NCBI GenBank assembly: GCA_013239625.1
Contig: MU054323.1
Coordinates: 8,607,220 to 8,671,219, forward strand
Source of the DNA: Lama guanicoe
Lineage: Eukaryota
Direction: 5' to 3'
DNA length: 64,000 nt
The notes below the pieces were generated by a model. That model was not told the DNA's origin. It saw nothing but the letters and a program-made list of their open reading frames with translations, and searched no databases. Position numbers and translations under genes: made by a program. Of this stretch, positions 52,901 to 64,000 are shown in pieces; the stretch's first letter is position 1, and every line of letters begins with the position of its first letter.

Positions 52901-55650
52901 CCTCCTTCTGCATCCGTACTTTTTTTCTCACCACTGGATCATTTCTCCCATTTATATCAGACTATAAATTCTCTCTAGTATAGCATCTTCCACTAAAAAA
53001 ACCTCCCTTGACCCTGTATCCCCCATCCACTACATTTCTCTGCCACACCGCATAACAAAACTTTTAAAAAATACTCTCCATTGTTTTTCCTCATTTACTC
53101 GCTCCAGCCAGGTGTCCGTGTCCACCTCTGAAATAGCCCCCTTTTGCCAAATCCAATGTTCATTTCTATGGCCTCATCTTAGTGTGGCTTTTATTTTTTA
53201 GTATCATTTGACCCTTTAGACAACCCTGTCCTTCTTGGAACACTTTTCTTTTCTAGGTTCCCTAACCAACTATTCCTTCTCAGTTTCCTTCCTGGCTTCT
53301 CCTCCGCTGCTCTACTTCTAAATGTAAAAGTAGCATGGAGAAAATTAGCAAGGCAAAAGTCACCAGAAGCAAAATCAAAAGGCAAGCGACAAACTGGACA
53401 AGAGTATTTACAGTTCAAGTTGTGGACATGGTGATATCACTAACATCCAAAGAGCTCCTAGAAATTAATAAGAAAAAGATCAACAACCCAATAGAAAGAC
53501 AGGGAAAGAATATGAACAGATAGGTCTCAGGAAAGGGAATCAGATGCCCTTTAACATATAAAGAGATAGCTGCACATTAATAATAAAGAGAAATAAAGAC
53601 TAAAACTACAGTGAAATTTTCAACTATCATGTTGATAAAAAATCCAAGTCTCACAGCATGCTCATGGGAAAACAGGTATCATATATTGCTGTGACATTAA
53701 TATGAAAAGATCTCTGAGATAGAGAGAAATGAGCAAACATACAAAACAGCATGTATTTTATGCTCCCAGAACATATATGATTTCTATTTGTATTTACATA
53801 AGGAAACACACAAATGTAAAACAATGAAAAGCAGTTACTTGATGGAGGGGGAACTGGGGTGGATGGGTGAGTCTTTTAAGGGTACGCTTCTTAAGATTAT
53901 TTGGCTTTTGAACCATATGAATGTATTACTTATTTTTTAAAAGAGAAACAAAGAACGATGGTCCAGAGTGTCTTAAATAAAACTTTTCTATGCATTGGCT
54001 TAAGGAACTCAAATGTGTTTCATCTTCAGAGGGAGATAGGGCATTATTATAAGCATGTTGTATGGATCCTGAGTTACACTTGAGTCCTGTCCCCTTCAGA
54101 GATGATCATAATGTCCTGAAATGACATTTACAATGACAGGCAAGAGTATCACTAGGTATATGTTAATCTATTTGAATGCTCTACACTGATCCATGAATTG
54201 GCTATGTACAGACTCAAAGTTTTACTAGGGCACCAGCTAAACTATCATCTGTTTCAATCACCATCTTCACCAGAAGCACTGGCATCTGTTGAATGACTTA
54301 GTTGCTAGAAAGAAAATATTCAAACCAAATACCCAAACGATAATTAACATCATTAGTCTTTGGGGAAATGCAAGTCAGTACCACGTCATACCTACATAGG
54401 ATGGCCATAATTAAAAAAAAAAAAACAGAAAATAACAAATGCTGGTGAAGAAGTGGAGATACGAACCCTCATACATTGCTGGTGGGAATGTAAAATGATG
54501 CAACCATTGTGAAAAAAACTTGGTGGTTCTTCAAAAAGTTAAACAGAATTAGGATATAATCCAACAATTCCACTCCTTGGTATGTATCCAAAAGAACTGG
54601 AAACTAGTGTTCAAATATAAACCTGTACATGAACATTCATAGCTGCCTCATTCATAATAGCCCAAAAGTGGAAACAACCCATATGTCCACCAACTGACGG
54701 ATGGATAAATAAAATGTGGTATATCTACAAAATGAAATATTATTTGACAATGAAAAGGAATGAAGTACCCATACATGCTACAACACAAATGAACCTTGAA
54801 CACATTATGCTAAGTGAAAGAAGGCAGACACAAAGGTCACATGTTGTATAACCCCGTTTATGTGCTCCCAGCAGGAATCACTGTGATCCTTACAGAAAAT
54901 ACAGACCACTTCATCACTCTAGAAGTTATGTTATATTGTTACGTTGGTTGTATATCCAACCAAGGTGAACTGTGTAGATTGCCATTCAGGAAAGAAATTC
55001 TGTTGTGAAATTTTTATCTCTTTACCTTTTCAATATCTTCTTTTCTTCTTGTTCTTTTTCTTTAAATCATAAAAATGTATTTCAATGTTATTCATAAGAA
55101 CTTTCTTGTAGACATTGGGCCTCCAAAAATTTCATATTATCCCTGATACAGAGAAGCTATCGATCTCCAAGACTTGTTCAAAAATTATCTTGAAAGTAGC
55201 AGCCAGTCTTGGATCTGAACCTCAGCTACTTAATTTTCTGGATTTTGTTGTTTGCCAAAACGGTGTGCCATTCTCTTTTGCTGGCTCCGCCTTCCTTTTG
55301 CTAAAGAATTATTAATATAATCAGTAATAGAAAATAGTCATTGTCTTACAATGATGCATTCAGAAGTTTTTCTGTCAATTCTAAGTTAAAGAGATGCATA
55401 GGGAGAATCATCCCCTTTTCCTCTTCGCTGGATGAAGTTATGTCTTCATGCATTGTCTGGAATTGCAGCAGCCATCTTGAAACCCCAAGTAGAAGCATCA
55501 CCAACATGCTAAGGATGGCAAGGCAGAAGGATGGACTTATTGGTCGATCAGGATCTGTAATGACCTTATCAAGGCTCTGAGCTGACCTTGGATCACCTAG
55601 CCCCCAGATATCTTAAGTGAGATAATGACTGTCTCTATGGCTGCTAAGTA
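49950..55650. mobile_element. Mosaic of old repeats: L1ME-like (~50000-50800, 53340-53950), L2-like (~52100-53330), L1MB-like (~54330-54860), MaLR-like (~50820-51330, 55330-55650)
   Basis: Recognisable degenerate consensus motifs. Boundaries approximate. Confidence 0.5.
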
Positions 55651-55799
55651 GTTTTATTTTCTAGTGATGTATTTGTTTAAATGGGACTCACAAACTCTCA
55701 ACAGAGGAACACTTTCATATTTGTTCCTGTTGCCCCAGGTCACAGAAGTATGAAATTACAGGTGGTAAGAATGTGATCAAGGTACAAGAATTCTTCTTT

Positions 55800-56140
55800 A
55801 AAAAAAAAGACACAAATGAACTTATTTACAAAACAGAGCCAGACTCACAGACATAGAAAACAAATCTCTGGTTACCAGGGGTGAAAGGGGATGGCAAAAA
55901 GATAAATTGGGAGTTTGGGATTTGCAGATACTAATTACTAAATATAAAAATAGATAAACAACAAGGTCCTACTGTATGGCACTGGGAACTGTATTCAATA
56001 CCTTGTAATGGCCTATAATGAAAAAGAATATGAAAAGGAATATATATACACATATAAATGAATCACTATGCTGTACCGCAGAAATTAACGCAACATTGTA
56101 AAATGACTGTACTTCAATAAAAATAAATAAATAAATAAAA
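55800..56140 (+). mobile_element. Artiodactyl-type L1 3' end
   Basis: GACACAAATGAACTTATTTACAAAACAG..CTTCAATAAAAATAAATAAATA. Confidence 0.85.
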
Positions 56141-57499
56141 TACTCACCAGATAGCAAAACCTTAGTATAAAAAAATAAAATGCCTCATTATTAATTTTTA
56201 TATTGAATACAGGTTGAAATGATAACAGTTTGGCTATGTTAAGTTGAAGAGAGTATATTATTAAAATTAATTTTACCTGGAAAAAAAGGCATAGGGATTC
56301 TTATTTGAATGTTGGATGTGTCACCAAAGGCCAGTTTTGACATCTTAAAAGACTCTGTGCTTAATCACTGCTCAGTTTGGGAAGCTGAACCAAGCAAAGA
56401 TAGTTATGAAACAGAGAAGCATTAGATATGATAAAAGGCAAATTATTGTTCATGATAAAAGGCAAATTATTTTTCTTGATAAAGGTAGAATATTGCTTTT
56501 TTTAAAAAGTGTCCAAAAGTTTTGAAATGCACCCTTATGGCTACTGAGTCCTATATGTACAATTGCAAAAACATTTTGTGTGTCTGTATCCTGGCATTAC
56601 CTCCTATTTTAGAAAAAAATTAATTGGCAGGAAATTTTTTAAACATCAAAAGGGTGATTACAGAGTATCTAAAGTGCCAGAAAAAATAATATGGTGCAGT
56701 GGCTGTTTGTCAGCCCTTGTACAGGACGTTAACAACACATTTCCCAAACATTTCATCAATGGGAATCCTCCTGGCAACAGAATGACAGTGTGTTTATTTC
56801 ATGCAAATGTGTGAACACGATGGTTGTGGATAACCCAAGAGGCAGAGCAGGGGGGTGGAGATTAAAGTGAAATGCGTCATCAAATATTTGTAGCACCAGA
56901 ATTTGGCATCCTTCTCATCATTCACAACAAGCTATGACAAGAAGCCACGCAATCAATTGATTTGTGATGTGGAAATCTCTCAGTAGAGAGAGCTAGAGAA
57001 GGGGCTCTCTAATTTGGTCTATGAATCAACACTAGTCTCAGGCTCACCCCTAGAAGCATACAAAGCTTTAGGAATGGAGCTACAACATAAATATAAATCA
57101 ACATCCATGTCCTAGACCAATCCCCAAGTAGTACATGAAGGGGCAGACCCAAACAGCACAGCAAAATATTTGAAAACTGAGCTTCTCACAGAAGGTGAGA
57201 CAATATTTGTGACCTGAATCTCACTGGATTGGTTGCTTGCTAAAACAGCAGCAAAATAATCACATTATTCAGAGGATTTCATAGGACCCAGAACCTCACT
57301 TCTAGGTATTTACTCAAGTGAAATGGAATCCTATATTGACAGAAAACCTGGAAAACCACTACACAAATGTTTATGGGAGCTTTGTTTGTAATGACCAAAA
57401 CCTGGAACCAATCCAACACATTGTGGCACATTTATAAAATGGATTGCTAGCAATTAGAAGGAAAAAAGCACTGATCCTACAACAACACAGATGACATTT

Positions 57500-57780
57500 T
57501 TTAAAATTGACATATACTCAGTTTATAATATTGTGTCAGTTTCTGGTGTACAGCATAATAGTTCAGTCAGACATCTATTTGTTTTCATATTCTTTTTCAT
57601 TATAGGTTACTACAAGACATTGAATATAGTTCCCTGTGCTCTGCAGTGGAAACTTGTTGTTTATCTACTTTATATGTAGTAGTTAGTATTTGCAGATCTC
57701 CCACTCCCAATTTATCCCTTCCCACCCACTTCCACCCGACCCCAACCATAAGTTTGCTTTCTATGTCTCTGAGTCTGTTT
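57500..57780 (-). mobile_element. Artiodactyl-type L1 3' end with TSD
   Basis: Flanked by CAACACAGATGAC / CAACATAGATGAC at ~57483 and 57781. Confidence 0.8.
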
Positions 57781-58329
57781 CAACATAGATGACTTTTAAA
57801 TGTATTAAGCGAGGTTCAAAAGGCCACCTACTGCATGATTCTATTTAAGTAAAACTCTGGAAAAGGCAAAAATACAGAGTTATCAGTGGTTGAGCCTTTG
57901 ACTCCTGACCCTTTCTTGTGTTCTGCTGGGCCAACTGACTTTCTCTTTATTGGTGCCCTCCTCTACCCCATCTGTCTGCGGCGCCCCTCCCACAAGCTCC
58001 CTTCCATTTAAGCCTCTCCATTCTCCTAAATCAGCTATCACTCATTCTTCTGCTTTCATTTTCCAAAATCGTGTTGACATCTCTTGACTCTTGTCCTCTT
58101 TTCTCCCTTCTTTTTACTCTGAGTTTATGATCTTTTCATTTCTTTACTGTTATTACAGTGGGGATTTGGGAGGGAATAGATAAACAGTTCAATCTTTCAT
58201 GTTTACCTACCTACACAAGCTCTTCTTCAATCAAGACTACAACATAGATACAGTTTGGGAAAAGGATATTATTTTTTCTTAAATATGTGTGTGTGTGTGT
58301 ACACACACAGATATATACACACACAGATA

Positions 58330-58398
58330 TGTAGATAGATAGATAGATATAGATATAGATATAGATATAGATATAGATATAGATATAGATATAGATAT
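58330..58398. repeat. (GATA)n/(GATATA)n microsatellite; also (CA)n at 59184-59223 and (GT)n at ~62090-62135
   Basis: Directly visible. Confidence 0.95.
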
Positions 58399-59182
58399 CT
58401 GAAGTCTATCTCTGGCCAAACTCAGAAAACATAGATGTTTACCAGACATGATCCCAGTAAGTATCTCCTTGCAAGCCATTGGATTTTTGTCTCCCAGAGG
58501 AGACACTTTAAAAAGGTTGTCACACAATTTCCAGTCTGACAGCCAGAATTTCTCAGGCTGTGGCCCAGAGTTCATGACAATCTGACAAACCAGTGGTTTT
58601 ATATAGGGCTGTGGGAGTCAGGGAAGCCTGCTAATAGTGTTAAGCTGGTGACTTGCAAAGGAGTTGTGGGTCTGTGTATGTCTATGAGTAGCCCCCTGGT
58701 AGTCACGCTTTTAATCAGGACCCAGAAATGCCTTTTCTTTACTGACATCTTAATCATCCCCTTACATAAAAGCATAAAAATAGTGCTAAATTGGCACTGA
58801 GTCCCATAGGAAACATTCCTATTCTCTCTCATCATTTCTATGGCACCTTTATCTTCAGTCCCACGTGGTATTTGAAATGGCAGTAGTACTCAAATCTTCC
58901 ACACAGAGAAAACCCCAGGGTCTCAGGAAGCAGCTGGGCTGGTGTTTTCTCTTCTTTAGATGCCACGGCAAAGCTGAAGAACACTGGGTGGTGGCTTTTA
59001 AAACTTTGGCTTACACAAGTGTAAATTACAGGTTGTAACGTGCCCTATACACATCTTAATTTTAATAAGTCTGTCACTGTTCATCTTTGCCAGCTGACCC
59101 TGAAATTTGGGGGTTTATTCTGTGATATTATGCAACTATGATCTTAGATCTCCTCCTTCCCACCCGACTCCCCTCACCCTCC

Positions 59183-59221
<39 letters not shown>

Positions 59222-59261
59222 ACAAAAGAAAATCCTGGGCCATGTAAACCAGGACTTTCTT

Positions 59262-60494
<1,233 letters not shown>

Positions 60495-62087
60495 AAACCA
60501 GGACTTCCTTGACTGAAGCTACAGAAAATCTTGTGAAGCAATGAGGCAGATTGTTGGTTGCTACTAATGAAATAAAATTCGTATTTTATAGTAAAACCAG
60601 AAAAATTTAAACATAAAAATTTTCTCTCCCATTTGGGCCTCTTCCCTCCCCTATAGTATGTGTTGTACATCTGCATTAACCAGACCTCCTTAGAAGATAA
60701 GCTTTTTTCTTAATCTTGTAAGGGGTCACAATGACCCACTCTCACTTTATGTGTGCAGATCTGGACTGTGTAAATATGCCATTTGATGTACAACCTCTTG
60801 TCCCCATAATTGTGCTTAGACCTCTAATGGGTGGAGTGGTCCTCAAAGTTTCTGAAAGACTGTTTCCCAGGTTATAATCCTCACTTTGGCTCCAATAGAA
60901 TTTTCCATTTCTTTCTGAAATAACTATTGATTAATTTTTTTGTCCACATGCATGGTGTAGCTGGCAGGATATCAGAGATACCCACCAGAGGACACCTGGA
61001 GTCTACCCTGAAGCGGTGCTCTGTACCGGCACGGGCCTGTTGAGGCCCACAGTCTTCTCAGTGCTCCTCAGGTGTTCGGGTGAGTTCTCCTGATACCTGG
61101 ATCTCATTGTTTTTAAGTAACAGTCCTAAAAATTTTATTCAAGCTGTCTCTACTTAAGGCTTGGAGTCTTAAGGGGGCGCCAGTGCATTTCCGAGGTAGG
61201 GGCCTAGAGGCACCTAGGGCAGTAAGTCGGCCTAGGGAAAACTTAGGTGGCTGAGTGTTTGTTAAATTTGGCTTAAGTTGAAAAAAAAGATTGATATATG
61301 GTCTGAATAGACCATTTACTAGTGAAATAAGAGACTGAATTATCCAGCTCCTTAAGAATAAGGAACATTTGCTCCTTCTGGCCGCAAGGTGTCCTCAGGT
61401 GACTGAGAACCTGACGGGAAGCATCTGAGAACCCTCCCGACTGCAGTGGCCCTTCAGGGGAATCCCACTACAGTCATTTAGTAAATACCTGTGCATCAGT
61501 CCTCTGATACCCTTTAGGTGGCCACGCAATTCTTTGAGGAATTAGAACCAGCTGTCCTTGTTTTACAGACCTAGTCTTTACAGGACAGGTGTGGCTCCAG
61601 AAACAATTCAAAACTCAACAGTCTTTTTACCACTCCCAAACCTCCCCTATTTATCTTAAGAGGCAAGTAAATAAAAAAAAATTCTGGCCTTAAGGGAACA
61701 AACATTCCTCTTAGGAGGAACTTGCTTTTCTCCTCTGCACCTGAGATGTTCTACCTGGTCTCTAAGAACTCTTATCTAGGCCATCTTTTTAAAATGCAAA
61801 TTTCAGGACTGTAATTTATTAAAAGAAAAACCAAAAGGGGGATAGGTAATTTGGAACTTGACTTGTCAAGGACAAAGGCAAATCTTAAGTGTCTTCTCCA
61901 TAAATATTAGTAGAAAGGATTTAGCCATCTAAACAGGTGGCTTTAATTTCTTCCACCTGCCAGAAACTCAATTTGAATCCAATCTCTTTTGTAACTGTTG
62001 GGTTTTATATTATTGTACCTGATTCATGGCTGAACTTTTGGATTGGAAATTATGGGGTCTTTCTTTGTGTCCGTTTGTATGTTTGTA

Positions 62088-62129
<42 letters not shown>

Positions 62130-62709
62130 TGTGTGTCGTAGATGTGTGGTATTGCCAAAATTAATTTGTAAAAGATCTCTATTTAATTGGCTTAAAGGAA
62201 ATTAAGTGCTTATATAAACACTCAGAAATATAAAAGAAGCTTCCCCAAATGAATTTCTTGTGGTCTAGGATTAATTCTTACTGAATGAAAATGAATTTAA
62301 GTTTGCTAGTTTAAGACAGATATGTCTTTAGAGTCATCAACATTAAGTTTAATACTTTTATTGTACCTAAGTTTACTAGAAGTAAAATAAGATCCTATTG
62401 TTCCTGTTACAAAATTTATCTTCAAGAAAAACAATGATATGATAAAAAATTTAAGTAAATTAAATGTAAATGAGGTAAGAGGTTTTTTTAGATGAACTCT
62501 TTAGGAATAACTATATTTTATGGTGTGTCTATACAAAAATAGTTTCTGCTGCACTGGGTAAGAAATTAGAGAATTCTAATAGAAAACATGGTGGCTTCAT
62601 AAAACTGTTAACAGAAGATTAAGATCAAGAATTACTTACATAGGACTGAGTGAACTAATGAATATGGTTATAATATGGGGGGCTTTTGTCTGAACTATGA
62701 CTGGTTTTT

Positions 62710-63021
62710 GTTTTTTTCTTGCTTTTCTAAGTTTTTTTTAATGAAAGTATAGTTCATTTGCAATGTTGTGTTAGTTTCTGGCATACAGCAAAGTGATTCA
62801 AATATATATATATTCTTTTCCATTATGTTTTATTACGAGATATTGAATATAGTTCCCTGCGCTATACAGTAGGACCTTGTTGTACATCTATTTTATATAT
62901 AGTACTTTGTATCTGCTAATCCCAAACTCCTAATTTATCCCTCCATCACCCTCTTTCCCCTCTGGTAATCCTAAATTTGTTTTTTATGTCTGTAAATCTT
63001 TCTGTTTTGTAAATAAGTTCA
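62710..63021 (-). mobile_element. L1 3' end inserted in the ERV internal region
   Basis: T-rich tail plus artiodactyl L1 terminus. TSD TGAA(C/A)TAT(G/T)ACTGGTTTTT at 62691-62709 and 63022-63040. Confidence 0.8.
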
Positions 63022-64000
63022 TGAAATATTACTGGTTTTTAATCATTTTCCAGATATAAAGACACCCTTCCCCTCAAGCCAATTATGATTTACAGCAATT
63101 TGGTAAATTATTCCTTTGTAAGTAGAATTGAAACATTTATCCTTTCTCTCTACCTAATCCCTCCATAAACTGGAAACTCAAGTTCCCAGCAGCCTTATCA
63201 GGTGAATAAGGAAGAATGCCTCCTAACAGGTGCAGGAATCTCAAGTATTTTGGGGACCTTGAGAAGTGAGGAGTCCACCCAAATCTATAAATATCTCAGG
63301 CAGAATCTAAGAGCAAGCACTTGGTGTGGCTTTCCTTGCCTTGAGAGGCCTTTTGAAAGTTCAATTTGAGATTCCTTATAAAGAGTTTCAGCATAGCCAA
63401 TTTAAAAGGGCCAGAAGAATCAATTACACTTAAGTAAATAATCAGGCCAACTTTATTGAAATTAGACTTATTTTTCAAACAAACTGGCCTTAATTTGGCT
63501 ATATTTGGTAGAAATTAGGGTAATTTTACAGAGGAAAAAATTGTGTCAGTGGATATTAAGTTCAAGTGTTGTCTTTGAGGTTTTTTGTGTTTACTGCCTC
63601 ACTTTCCAGATGGCTCCTTGTTGCTAAAAGTGACATTATTGTAAAGTTTAATTGGATCATTAAAAGCACATTCTAAGTTTGTTTCTGAACAGTTACCTTA
63701 TGGCCCATAACCAGATTATGCATAATGAAGAGACATCAGACAAAGGATTCTTAGCCATATTGGAAGGGCAATATTAGTCCTCCTCTCCTGACTGAGCTGC
63801 AACTCCTGTTTCTGACACCTGACTTCAAGTAAGACCAGCACTACCAGACCAGGATGAGAAGACAATATCTAAGGTAGATAGCTGACCAAGATGCAGGACT
63901 AATCCTGTATGCTAATTACTTTGATAACTGCTCACACTTTTGCTAATGAACCAAATGTATTTCTTCCTTGGGCTCAGTTGTATGCAAGTTTCAAAAGTCA

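Overview
Mammalian genomic DNA, very likely camelid: it carries two tRNA-Ala-derived SINEs of the camelid Vic-1 type and artiodactyl-type L1 3' ends. It is syntenic to human 2p23.3. From left to right: CGREF1 intron 1, non-coding first exon and CpG promoter (- strand, inferred from synteny); intact 9-exon ABHD1 (+, 405 aa); intact 9-exon PREB/SEC12 (-, 418 aa), whose poly(A) hexamer overlaps that of ABHD1; PRR30 with a single coding exon (-, 398 aa); 3-exon bHLH gene TCF23 (+, 214 aa); and only the last coding exon of SLC5A6/SMVT (-). That exon has an in-frame TAG five codons before the ancestral stop. After a 199-N gap the expected SLC5A6/ATRAID/CAD exons are not recognisable. The remaining ~18 kb is repeat-rich and includes a full-length GAPDH retrocopy inserted in the LTR of an ERV with a tRNA-Ser primer-binding site. 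Two near-identical tandem duplications (1.67 kb and 882 bp) may be assembly artefacts. I see no clearly new gene system. The most unusual items are (1) an L1-mobilised, polyadenylated copy of just an LTR R region, (2) a polyadenylated 5'-half L1 insertion, and (3) the altered SLC5A6 C-terminus. Gene and repeat identities rest on my recall of orthologue and consensus sequences, not on database searches.
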